From: Chloropicon primus
Lineage: Eukaryota
Assembly: GCA_023205875.1 (NCBI GenBank)
Contig: CP060761.1
Coordinates: 124,001 to 188,000, forward strand
Direction of reading: 5' to 3'
Length of the DNA: 64,000 nucleotides
Shown: positions 54,875-64,000 of the stretch, one piece after another
How positions within the stretch are numbered: the stretch's first letter is position 1
Layout: each line of letters opens with the position of its first letter
The notes under the pieces: generated by a model
What the model was told of the DNA's origin: nothing
Databases searched by the model: none
What the model saw: only the letters and a program-made list of their open reading frames with translations
Program-made: the position numbers and the translations under genes

Positions 54875-55765
54875 TTACTTGAAGAAGGACGTGATGCTGC
54901 TTTGGCCTTTCTGAGTTTTGCTCGTCTTTGGTTTCTTCAGCGGGCTCTTCGCCTTGAGGCTCCTCCCTCTCTCCGAGGGCTGCTGCAGTTTGAGCCCGAT
55001 GGTGACCTCACTCTTATCCTGCAAAAACAAATCCTTGATGGACCCGGCGTGCTCGCTCTGAACTTTTTCCCTCAGGTCCACGCAGCAATCCGGCTCGTCG
55101 TAAGCGAGGTTGCCCACTTTGGGGGTCACCGGAAACCAGGAAAGATTCGTGCTGGATTCCCCCTGGGAGACCTCACCGCGCCGAAGCCAATCTTTCCCGC
55201 CCTTCACGCTCAGGATCACTGGCATTCTGTCGTGCAGCCACTTGATCTCCTCCACCGGAGTTTTCGTCAGGATCGCGTACGAGAAGAGCTCCTCCTCCGT
55301 CTCCGGATCCTTCCAGCAGTCGTACAAGCCAGCACAGAAGAGGAAATCCTCTTCCTCGCTGAACACAAAGTAAGGTTCTCGCTTTCCTCCCTCCCTCTTC
55401 TTCCACTCGTAGAAGCCGTTGATGGGAACCACGCACCGCCTGTGCTGCGCCAGCAACCTCTTGAAAATGGGCGATCCTGCCATGGTCTCACTTCGAGCGT
55501 TGAACATCTTCCAGTGGTTGTGGTACTTAAGGTTGGCGCTCTTCTTGGTGTAGCTCGGCACCAGGCCCCACACCATGTTCATCACCTCAAGGTCATCCTC
55601 CTTTTGGCTGTGCGTTTTGGCAAAGATTACTGGGGTCCTCTTGCCTGGGTGGATGTTATGAGAGGGCTGGTGGGTCGATGGCTCGCCGCTCCACCGCTCT
55701 GGAGGAATATTAAACCTGGTTGCCACCTCCTCGAACGTCGACCTCATCATCGTTCGCCCGCACAT
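54875..55765 (-). CDS. HMCES: SRAP-domain abasic-site processing protein (HMCES/YedK family)
   Basis: Begins MCGR (catalytic Cys2) at 55765; MVWGLVP, FNARSET, RRCVVPINGFYEW, AGLYD, WLHDRMPVIL. Confidence 0.93.
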   Translation of the reverse strand: MCGRTMMRSTFEEVATRFNIPPERWSGEPSTHQPSHNIHPGKRTPVIFAKTHSQKEDDLEVMNMVWGLVPSYTKKSANLKYHNHWKMFNARSETMAGSPIFKRLLAQHRRCVVPINGFYEWKKREGGKREPYFVFSEEEDFLFCAGLYDCWKDPETEEELFSYAILTKTPVEEIKWLHDRMPVILSVKGGKDWLRRGEVSQGESSTNLSWFPVTPKVGNLAYDEPDCCVDLREKVQSEHAGSIKDLFLQDKSEVTIGLKLQQPSERGRSLKAKSPLKKPKTSKTQKGQSSITSFFK

Positions 55766-55766
55766 C

Positions 55767-56081
55767 CCGATGCCGTCAACCAATGTACCAATGGAAAGAT
55801 CTTGAGACGCACTTTCGTGTGGCCCCCTTGTCTCGCGGTTTCCCCTCGTCCTCGTCGTCACCTTCCTCGCTGACTGCGGTCCACTCCTGGCCTCGCCTCG
55901 CTAAGAATCAATCTCATTCAGACGGCGTCCCCTCGGTCAATCCTTTGCCGATGCCGTCAACCAAGGTACCAATGGAAAGATCTTGAGACACACTTTCGTG
56001 TGGTCCCCTTGTCTCGCGGTTTCCCCCTCGTCCTCGTCGTCAACTTCCTCGCTGACTGCGGTCCACTCCTGGCCTCGCCTC
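55767..56081. repeat. Direct duplication of about 133 bp (55767-55899 and 55948-56081)
   Basis: Near-identical copies ccgatgccgtcaaccaa...ccactcctggcctcgcctc. Confidence 0.95.
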
Positions 56082-56381
56082 TGCAGGTAGGAAGAGCCAA
56101 AAATTGTGATTTTGTGGCCAGGAGTGGATAAGGGAAAGGGAGGACGAGGAGGACGAGGAGGACAAGGAGGACGAGAATACCGGACCCGTGGGGGAGAGGG
56201 AAAGGAAAAGGGTCGAGTAGATCGACAGATCGTCTCTTGCTCTTTCGTTTAAGCCCTTGGTCGAGAGAAACGGCTCAGGGCTGAGCCTCGGGGAAGCGGA
56301 AGAGTCGGTGGAGAGAGAGAGTGAGAGGAGAGAGAGAGGAGAGAGGACGGCAAAGGAGGACAGAGGAGGAGGGGCAGAGGG

Positions 56382-59300
56382 ATGGCGAGGATGGCGAACC
56401 CTGCGTACTCGACTTGGTCGACAACAACGGGGGCTTCCGCACTCGCGACGGCGAAGCGTGCGAGGGGTTTGAGGGCCTGCAGACGGTTCAGTGATGGCCA
56501 AGGGAAGAAGACCGTGGCAAGGTGTGGAGCGAGGTTCGGGCTGAGGTGTCCGGCGTACTCGTCGAGGGTGTCGACGGTGGTTGGGACGTCGTCGTCGCTG
56601 GCGTGCGCTGCTTCGTTCTCGCGGAAGCCGTTCGCAAGGAGCGTGGCGCGAGTGTCGGACAGGCAGCAGGAGGGTCTGTGCGTCGTGGGTTTGCGGCAAG
56701 CTGCCAGGGGGGGTTGCGTGAAGGCCAGCGGCAAGAAGAAGGACGACGACAACCCGTACAGCGACACTGTTCTCCTTCCCCAGACGGACTTCAGCATGCG
56801 CGCGAATGCCAAGGCGAGGGAGCCCGAGCTGCAGGCGTGGTGGAGAGAGAACCAGGTGTACGAGGAGCTCTTGAGGCAGAACAGGAGCGCTGGCGGGGAC
56901 AACTTCACGCTTCACGACGGGCCTCCGTACGCGAATGGGACCCTTCACCTCGGCCACGCGATGAACAAGGTTCTCAAGGACATCATAGTGAAGCACAGGC
57001 TTCTCAAGGGAAAGAGCGCGGCTTTCGTCCCGGGTTGGGACTGCCACGGCCTCCCCATCGAGCTCAAAGTGTTGCAGAGCCTGAAGAGCAAGGAGAGGAA
57101 GGGGTTGACCCCCATGTCAATGAGGGGAAAGGCCAGGGACTTTGCTCTTAAGACGATTGGGGAGCAGGCGGAGCAGTTCAAGAGGTACGGGGTCTGGGGA
57201 GATTACGAGAAGAGGTACCAGACCCTGGACCCCGAGTACGAGGCCAAGCAGCTCGAGGTCTTCGGTCGGATGTTCATGGAGGGGCACATTTACAGAGGCT
57301 TGAAGCCGGTGAACTGGTCGCCGTCCAGCAGGACGGCGCTGGCGGAGGCGGAACTCGAATACCCGCCGGGGCACAAGTCCAGGAGCATTTACGTTGCCAT
57401 GCCGCTGGCGGAGACGAAAGCCGAGGCGCTGGAGGGGCTGGAGGCCTCCCTGGCCATCTGGACGACGACGCCTTGGACGATCCCCGCGAACCTCGCCGTG
57501 GCGGTGAACTCAGAAATCGAGTACGCCGTGTGCAAGATGGAAGGGGGGGGGAGCTCCCACCTCATCGTCGCGAGTGACTTGGTGGAGAGCCTCTCGGAGA
57601 AGATAGGGAGGGCCCTGTCCATCGTAGCGAAGCTCAAGGGTTCCGAGCTGGAGGGCTGCACCTACAAGCACCCGCTGTACGAAAGGACGAGCCCTGTGGT
57701 CATTGGGGGGGACTACATCACCACTGAGAGCGGTACAGGTTTGGTTCACACGGCCCCGGGTCACGGGCAGGACGACTTCCAGGTGGGCCAGAAGTATGGC
57801 CTGCCCATCTTGTCGCCTGTGGACAACGCGGGTCGCCTCACGAGCGAGGCTGGGGAGGAGTTCGAGGGACTGAACGTTCTGGGGGATGCAAACGAGGCAA
57901 TCATCGCCGCTCTGGAGAGGGAAGGGGCTCTCCTCCTGGAGGAGTTGTACGAGCACAAGTACCCCTACGATTGGAGGACGAAGAAGCCCACGATATTCCG
58001 GGCCACAGAGCAGTGGTTTGCGTCCGTGGACGGCTTCAAGAAGGATGCTTTGGATGCCATCGATTCGGTGGAGTGGATCCCAAAGGCGGGAGTCAAGAGG
58101 ATCAGGGCGATGACTTCGGACAGGAGCGATTGGTGCATCTCTCGGCAAAGGAAGTGGGGCGTCCCTATTCCGGTGTTCTACAAGAAGGACTCGGGGGAAG
58201 CCATCGTGACGGAAGAGACCCTGAAGCACGTGATAGATTTGGTCAGGGAGAAGGGATCCGACGCTTGGTTCGAGCTGCCTGTGGAGGACCTTCTTCCCGA
58301 GTCTCTCAAGGCGGAGGCTTCGAACTTGACCAAGGGGGAGGACACCATGGATGTCTGGTTCGATTCGGGAAGCAGCTGGGCGGGAGTGGTCTCCGCCAGG
58401 GAGGAGCTGAACTACCCTGCCGACTTGTACTTGGAAGGATCGGACCAGCACCGTGGCTGGTTCCAGAGCAGTCTCTTGACCAGCGTGGCCGTGAACGGCT
58501 GCGCCCCTTACAAGACTGTCCTCACTCACGGCTTTGTTCTGGACGAGAAGGGAGCGAAAATGAGCAAAAGCTTGGGGAACATCATCGACCCGAAGAACAT
58601 CATCGAGGGGGGGAACAACCAGAAGAAGGACCCGGCTTATGGAGCGGACACCCTCCGGCTGTGGGTGTCGTCCGTCGACTACTCCTCGGACGTCTTGATT
58701 GGCCCGAGCATTCTGAAGCAGACGAGCGAGATCTACAGGAAGCTGAGGGGAACGATAAGGTTCGTTCTTGGGAACCTGCACGACTTCAATCCCGAATCCG
58801 ATGCAGTTTCCTACGACAGCCTCCCGTTGTTTGACAAGTACATTTTGCACCAGCTGGTTACCGTGCAAGAGGAAGTCGATTCGAACTTCGAGTCCTTCCA
58901 GTTCAGCAAAGTCTTCCAGACCATTCAGAGATTCAACGTGGTTGACCTCTCTCAGTTTTACCTGGACGTCGTGAAGGACAGGTTGTACATCAGGGGCTCG
59001 GATTCCTTCGAGAGAAAGTCCTGCCAGACCGTCCTCAAGCACATGCTCGACACCTTGCTGCCGATGATCGCGCCAATCCTTCCTCACTTGGCCGAGGATG
59101 CCTGGCAAAATCTGCCCTTCCAGACATCTTCCAAGTCCGTCTTCCTTCACGGGCTTGCCGAGGCAAAGTCGGAGTGGAAGATGAGTGGCGCAGACTTGCA
59201 GGAGCTGGAGATATTGAGGAGCGTCAGGAGCGAGGTGAACCGGGTGGCGGAAATCGCCAGGAAGGACAAGCTCATCGGGTCCTCCCTCGAAGCCAAGGTT

Positions 59301-59618
59301 GTGATCCGAACGGATTCCCAAGAATTGCACACCATCTTGTCCAAGTACTCCGAGTCCGCCAACGGGGTAGATGAGCTGAGGTACCTCTTCATCTGCTCGC
59401 AGGTGGATCTGAAGGAGGGACCCGCCGGCGAGGGAGTCACTGAGATCCCGGAGGTTGGGACCTTTCGGGCGACGATTGAGAGGGCCGGCGGCCTTCGCTG
59501 TGCAAGATGCTGGAACTACAGCGACACCGTCGGCACCTTTGGGGACCACAAGGAGCTGTGCGACAGGTGCCACCCCGTGGTCCAGGGCAAGAAGGCTGTC
59601 GCGAACGTCGCCGCTTAA
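56382..59618 (+). CDS. IARS2: Organellar (bacterial-type) isoleucyl-tRNA synthetase
   Basis: LHDGPPYANGTLHLGH, PGWDCHGLPIE, WTTTPWT, DWCISRQRKWG, EGSDQHRGWF, KMSKS, C-terminal zinc finger CARCW...CDRC; long S/R/A-rich targeting peptide. Confidence 0.96.
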   Translation: MARMANPAYSTWSTTTGASALATAKRARGLRACRRFSDGQGKKTVARCGARFGLRCPAYSSRVSTVVGTSSSLACAASFSRKPFARSVARVSDRQQEGLCVVGLRQAARGGCVKASGKKKDDDNPYSDTVLLPQTDFSMRANAKAREPELQAWWRENQVYEELLRQNRSAGGDNFTLHDGPPYANGTLHLGHAMNKVLKDIIVKHRLLKGKSAAFVPGWDCHGLPIELKVLQSLKSKERKGLTPMSMRGKARDFALKTIGEQAEQFKRYGVWGDYEKRYQTLDPEYEAKQLEVFGRMFMEGHIYRGLKPVNWSPSSRTALAEAELEYPPGHKSRSIYVAMPLAETKAEALEGLEASLAIWTTTPWTIPANLAVAVNSEIEYAVCKMEGGGSSHLIVASDLVESLSEKIGRALSIVAKLKGSELEGCTYKHPLYERTSPVVIGGDYITTESGTGLVHTAPGHGQDDFQVGQKYGLPILSPVDNAGRLTSEAGEEFEGLNVLGDANEAIIAALEREGALLLEELYEHKYPYDWRTKKPTIFRATEQWFASVDGFKKDALDAIDSVEWIPKAGVKRIRAMTSDRSDWCISRQRKWGVPIPVFYKKDSGEAIVTEETLKHVIDLVREKGSDAWFELPVEDLLPESLKAEASNLTKGEDTMDVWFDSGSSWAGVVSAREELNYPADLYLEGSDQHRGWFQSSLLTSVAVNGCAPYKTVLTHGFVLDEKGAKMSKSLGNIIDPKNIIEGGNNQKKDPAYGADTLRLWVSSVDYSSDVLIGPSILKQTSEIYRKLRGTIRFVLGNLHDFNPESDAVSYDSLPLFDKYILHQLVTVQEEVDSNFESFQFSKVFQTIQRFNVVDLSQFYLDVVKDRLYIRGSDSFERKSCQTVLKHMLDTLLPMIAPILPHLAEDAWQNLPFQTSSKSVFLHGLAEAKSEWKMSGADLQELEILRSVRSEVNRVAEIARKDKLIGSSLEAKVVIRTDSQELHTILSKYSESANGVDELRYLFICSQVDLKEGPAGEGVTEIPEVGTFRATIERAGGLRCARCWNYSDTVGTFGDHKELCDRCHPVVQGKKAVANVAA

Positions 59619-59633
59619 CGCTAAGATAGTAAA

Positions 59634-60458
59634 TCACAACATTTTGACTGCAAAGCACACGGGATCTTTCGGCACTCCGTCTTCCTCCCACCGAATCTCT
59701 TCTGAGCTGAACTGCGGCATCCACACCCTCCTCGTTTCCTCGCTCATGTTCCCGCAGCTCTTGTGGAGGGTTCGGTCCCCCATCACGACCACGGCCCCCG
59801 CGTTCACGATAATGGGGACGGCCTCTCCTTCCCCCTCCTCGCTCGTCCGGAGCGTATAAAGCGTGCCGTTCTCCTCACACACGTCGTCCAACGGGGTCCA
59901 GAGCGACACGTATCTCACGCCCCTAGCTCTCCCGTCCTCGCCGGAGCACCAGTCGCTGTCCCTGTGCCACTTGAACGCCGAGTTCTCGCTCATCGGAGGC
60001 TTCACGATGTATTGCTCGGCAAAATAGTAGAGGTCCTCCTCGGGGCCCAATCCAAGTATGTGCTTCACGCACCGTGTGAGTTCCTTCCCGGTGACCAGGT
60101 CTGCCACATCCTTGGACAACATTTCGCCACGAGATGTCCCTTCCCCCCTCCTCTCCCTCCTCAGTTGGCCCAAGTCCCTCACCCTCTCGCACACCTCCTT
60201 GCCGTGCACACCCTGCAGCACCTCGAAGATGCATCCGTTCCGCTCCACCACGTCGCTGGACGCCTCCAACCCGTTCTTCCTCTTCCTCTTCTTGGTACCA
60301 TACCTCTCGCTCCAGCACCTCACCACCTCGTCGCACTCCCTCCTCAACGCGTCGACCTCCCTCGCCGTGAAGAAGTCCTCCAAGACAACGTACCCCTCCC
60401 TCTGGAACCTCTCCTTGGCTGCTTTGGCCGCTTCCCACTTGTCCACCTCCTCCACCAT
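59634..60458 (-). CDS. PhyH-family Fe(II)/2-oxoglutarate dioxygenase
   Basis: FQREGYVVLEDFFT, EQYIVKPP, FKWHRD, SLWTPLDDVCEENGTL, LHKSCGN..TRR. Confidence 0.85.
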   Translation of the reverse strand: MVEEVDKWEAAKAAKERFQREGYVVLEDFFTAREVDALRRECDEVVRCWSERYGTKKRKRKNGLEASSDVVERNGCIFEVLQGVHGKEVCERVRDLGQLRRERRGEGTSRGEMLSKDVADLVTGKELTRCVKHILGLGPEEDLYYFAEQYIVKPPMSENSAFKWHRDSDWCSGEDGRARGVRYVSLWTPLDDVCEENGTLYTLRTSEEGEGEAVPIIVNAGAVVVMGDRTLHKSCGNMSEETRRVWMPQFSSEEIRWEEDGVPKDPVCFAVKML

Positions 60459-60998
60459 CCCCGCCGTACGAGACACTGTTCGAAAGGTCTCGACAAGACG
60501 CTTCCGTTGGGTCAAGTCTCTTGCCACGCCTCCTCTCGTCCTCGCTCTGCGCCGCGGTCGTCCTCCGTCCTTCCTTCGCCTTGTCCTTCGCGCGCGAACC
60601 GCAGCAGCTCTTGTGACAGCTGAAGAGGGGTCGAGCGGGAGGACAAGGCGAAGGAAGGACGGAGGACGGGAACGGCGACGAGAGGGGGGAGGAACGAGGG
60701 GGAGGGAGGTGCTCTTAGGAATCCTTACCCTCGTGGCTTTCCGTAGAGACCGGACTTGCGAGAAATGGCTCGGGATTGAGGCCGGAGAGACGGACCAAGT
60801 TTGACTCGTCAGAGAGCAAAGATGATGAAGAGGTGGTGCGGAGTTCGGCGAGGGTGGTTTCCACAACATCGTCCCCTCCTTCCAAGGACGACGACGACAA
60901 CGACGACGACGACGCAGCAGCAGCATTTGCTGGAGGTTTGGAGCAGATCTGGCGGAAAACGTTCTCGAGAGAGTCTCAAACCAGGAGTCCAGAGGAGG

Positions 60999-61900
60999 AT
61001 GGTCCACGCCGCTGCTGATGCTGCTTCGCAGGAGAAGGGCGAGGGGATGAATGCGATAGGGGTATTTAGGTCGTGCTTTGCTTGCAGGAACGGGTGCCCG
61101 AGGCAGGGATCCCTGGTTCCTTCGTCGATGGGTCTTGTGAAGCTGGAGGGGTCGCACAAGCACTTTGAGGCTCCTGCAGGGCACAGCCTCAGCGGTCTGG
61201 AGGGCTTCTCCCACGTGTGGCTGCTGTGGGCCTTCCACAACTACAAGTCGAAGAAGGACAGATCGCCGAGGGTGAAGCCGCCGAGGCTGGGCGGGCAATC
61301 TCTGGGAGTCTTTGCCTGCCGCAGCCCCAAGAGGCCGAACAAGATTGGAATGAGTGCGTGCAGGATCGAGAGGATCGATGAGGAGAACGGCACGCTTCTC
61401 GTGTCTGGACACGACCTCCTCGACGGCACCCCGATCTTGGACCTGAAGCCCTACATTCCGCAGTACGACAGCTTCCCCGACGCAAAGGTAAAGAGGTGGA
61501 GACAGGCAGATGGGGCTCTCTCTCGTGTATGGTTTGTCTGACCTACACTTCTTCTTGTTTCGTTCTGCAGGTTCCGGACTGGGTGAACCAACCCAAGTCC
61601 CTCAACAGGGCGGGCGTTGCCGCCTCAAGCGTTGCCGTGGACTTTGACGATGACGTCCTGAAAGATCTCGAGTCCCTGAGCCTAGGGTCGACCCTGTTTC
61701 GCGACGCGGAGTCCATGAGAGAGACAATCCGTGGCGTCCTGGCGGCAGACCCCAGATCCAGGACCTCCAAAAAGCATGAGACGCAAGACTATGGCTTCAA
61801 ACTCGACAACGTGTACGTCTCTTGCTCCTTCAGGCAAAATACGGAGAACGAACTGAGTGTGGTGGTGACGGAAGTGGCTCCCCTACAAGAGAGCACCTGA
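60999..61900 (+). CDS. TRMO: tRNA (adenine37-N6)-methyltransferase TrmO/TsaA, 2 exons
   Basis: GCPRQG, GLEGFSHVWLLWAFH, VKPPRLGG, GVFACRSPKRPNKIG, DLLDGTPILDLKPY. Intron 61488-61570 joins AK|VPDWV and LAADPR. Start uncertain (60822 or 60999). Confidence 0.9.
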
Positions 61901-61987
61901 GGATTATCCTCGTATTTGTATAAATTGTTGTTTGTTATACAGCCACAAAGTGTGACACCGTTGCCTCTCGGTGCATACAGTTACAAA

Positions 61988-64000
61988 TTAGTGGGTCTTC
62001 ACAGTGAGCGAAGGCAGCTTGAACGGCAGGGCCTGATAGCTCTTCCTGGCATTCTCCTCGATCGACCTGTTGAAGGCGCTCTTGGTCTTCTGATACGAGT
62101 GACTGATGGCGGCGTTGAGGAGATTGTACTTGCTGTTCTTCTTGCTCTTGCCATTCGTTGTCAGCTTGACGCTGTTGCTGTACTTTCTGCTGTTGACAGC
62201 GGCAACGTTGCTGTACTTCCTGCCCTTCGCCTTCTCCGAGATGCTTAAGTTGTCGTAGATCTCGGTCACGTCGACCACCTTGTCCTGAGGAGCATCTTTC
62301 ATCGCCGAGAAGTTGGTGTACATGGAAGCCTGGTCCTCGGGAACCTCAAGCCTTCCGTCCAGAACGAATTCTGACCCAGAGATAATCAAGGAGTGCGTCA
62401 GCTGCAGCTGCTCGTAGATGTTCTCGTTGCAGCGGACACCTCCCAGGAAGGTGCTCTCCGCGCACAGCTCAGCGGAAATGTCGTACACCTGGCCCTCCAC
62501 GTCACAGATTTCCTTGGTCTTCGTGTTCTTCCTCAAGAACGCGGACCCGTACGCGATGCCAGCGGCGATCTCGTAAAGCATCTCCTGCTCGTCGTAGTTC
62601 TCGTCGTTGTACTTCTCGATGCACTTGTTGACCTGGAGGGCGGAGTCAGCGATCTTGATCAACATCTCCTTGGAGCTCAGCTTTTCCCTGGACGTGTGGA
62701 TCGGTTCAGAGATCAGCCGGAAGGAGTTGGTGCTCCACCGCAGGAAGACCAAGTGAAAGTCCCTCGCCACCTTGTTGCACGTCTCAAAGACCCTGTCCAT
62801 GAGCTCGTGGGGGATGAGGGCGTTCTCGTCCTCGGCGGTGATCTTGCCCACAAGCAACGCGCAGTCCGTCGTAAAATCCATGAAAGTCTCGTTGTGGTCG
62901 ATCAGCTCATCGATCCTCAGGTCGGTTACTTTCTTTGGGGCGCTCGGCACATCCTTGCTCGCCTCCTTCTTGGTTTGGGTGGCGTTCATGTTCGTCCTCG
63001 CTTGGATGAACTTGGCCAAGTCGTGGGTCTTGTCCTTGAGCGCGTCACTTGCAGCAGCCAGGCCATATTTCACGGTCATGTCTTCGATCTTCTCGGTCTC
63101 CTCGTCATCCCCCAGCAAGTCCTCGATCTTCTTCTGCTTCTCGTTGGACTTCTTGCCGTTCTTGATCTTCCTCTGGAACTTGGCGTTCAGCTCTGTGTTC
63201 TTCTTCCTCATGATGTCATAATTCCTGAAGGCGCTCGTGTGCGAGTTCACCTTTGGTGATTTTGGGGGCAGCGTGGACTCGATCAAGGTCTTCCTGTACT
63301 GGCTTGACGTCAGGTGCTGGGTGATGCACGTCTGAGTCTGCTCATCGCTCAAGTTGTCGGACAGGCTCTCCTTGATGATTTGCAGGGTCATCGAATTCAA
63401 CCTCAGGAAAAAATCGTGCAGACTCAGGACGTACGTCGTGGTCTCCACCACGGTGACGACGCTGTAGGGCTGGTCAGTCTTCGTCAGGATGGCGTTGTGG
63501 CCGAAATAAGTGCCTGGGTCGTACACGCCCAAGAGGGCGTGGCCAAACTGCTGCTCAGAGTTTTTGCTCTTCTTCTTCAAGGGGACGCTCTTGATGACTT
63601 GGACGGTCCCTCTCACCACGAAGTGGACGTTGGACGCGTCGTCCCCCTGGGCCAGGATGATCTTGTTTCTGGGGTGGTCGACCTCGGAGAGGTAGCAAAC
63701 GAACTCAGCGAGCTCCGTGATGCTGCACTTCTGGAAGATGGGCAACTTGCAAAGGAAATCCACCTTGTCCAAAATCTTCCTCTGGTGCCTTGTCTTGATG
63801 GTCCTGTCGTAGTCAGGCTTGTCGATGACAACAAAGAAGGTGGGCTCGTCCGTCTGGACAGTCGCGGCCCTGGGCTGATTTTTCAGGAGCGAGAGCTCAC
63901 CAAACGAGTCGCCGGGCCCCCTGGTACACAACAGGATTCGCCCCCCCTCCTCGTCCTCCTCCTCCTCGTTGTTCTCGCCGTCTCCCTCGCCGCCCCCTTC
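61988..64000 (-). CDS. Cyclic-nucleotide-binding domain protein with degenerate cyclase-like C-domain (5' end outside window)
   Basis: GDSFGELSLLKNQPRAATV (end of CNB 1) and a second CNB (FLCKLPIF...QGDDASNVHFVVRG...PGTYFG). Frame stays open to the window edge. Confidence 0.85.
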   Translation of the reverse strand, partial: EGGGEGDGENNEEEEDEEGGRILLCTRGPGDSFGELSLLKNQPRAATVQTDEPTFFVVIDKPDYDRTIKTRHQRKILDKVDFLCKLPIFQKCSITELAEFVCYLSEVDHPRNKIILAQGDDASNVHFVVRGTVQVIKSVPLKKKSKNSEQQFGHALLGVYDPGTYFGHNAILTKTDQPYSVVTVVETTTYVLSLHDFFLRLNSMTLQIIKESLSDNLSDEQTQTCITQHLTSSQYRKTLIESTLPPKSPKVNSHTSAFRNYDIMRKKNTELNAKFQRKIKNGKKSNEKQKKIEDLLGDDEETEKIEDMTVKYGLAAASDALKDKTHDLAKFIQARTNMNATQTKKEASKDVPSAPKKVTDLRIDELIDHNETFMDFTTDCALLVGKITAEDENALIPHELMDRVFETCNKVARDFHLVFLRWSTNSFRLISEPIHTSREKLSSKEMLIKIADSALQVNKCIEKYNDENYDEQEMLYEIAAGIAYGSAFLRKNTKTKEICDVEGQVYDISAELCAESTFLGGVRCNENIYEQLQLTHSLIISGSEFVLDGRLEVPEDQASMYTNFSAMKDAPQDKVVDVTEIYDNLSISEKAKGRKYSNVAAVNSRKYSNSVKLTTNGKSKKNSKYNLLNAAISHSYQKTKSAFNRSIEENARKSYQALPFKLPSLTVKTH

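Noticed and set aside
55800..56060. Hammerhead ribozyme in the duplicated element
   Set aside because: GAAA loops are present but no CUGANGA core was found on either strand.
60459..61412. N-terminal 318 aa of the 592-aa minus-strand ORF as part of the PhyH protein
   Set aside because: It overlaps TRMO antisense and the divergent promoter; PhyH similarity begins at MVEEVDKW (60458).

Overview
Gene-dense, GC-rich eukaryotic nuclear DNA with few short GT-AG introns, many microsatellites and several plastid-targeted products. This fits a compact picoplanktonic green alga (Chloropicon-like; inference only). About 32 protein genes are supported, mostly housekeeping: MRL1-like PPR, GDP-mannose pyrophosphorylase, PIG-O, PAM2/CUE protein, RPC3, RPC11, DHQ/shikimate dehydrogenase, two kinases, Cpn60 alpha, PIMT, WRKY, ValRS, CAND1, FTR variable chain, Med22, a sugar porter, XRN1, SRAP/HMCES, organellar IleRS, a PhyH dioxygenase, TRMO and a partial cNMP-binding protein. 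No tRNA, rRNA or CRISPR array was seen. Most unusual observations: (1) a ValRS carrying an N-terminal GST-like domain and an in-frame C-terminal PDK1-type PH domain, next to a membrane-anchored protein with a homologous PH domain; (2) an 18-unit 120/102-bp coding tandem array with atypical codon usage just upstream of cpn60A, one base out of frame with a poly-ATG start; (3) a putative plastid coiled-coil protein with six copies of an unrecognised basic-aromatic motif; (4) an orphan ORF with alien codon usage; (5) a cNMP-binding protein with a degenerate class III cyclase-like domain; (6) three local duplications of about 180-205 bp period, two of which bracket the SRAP gene.
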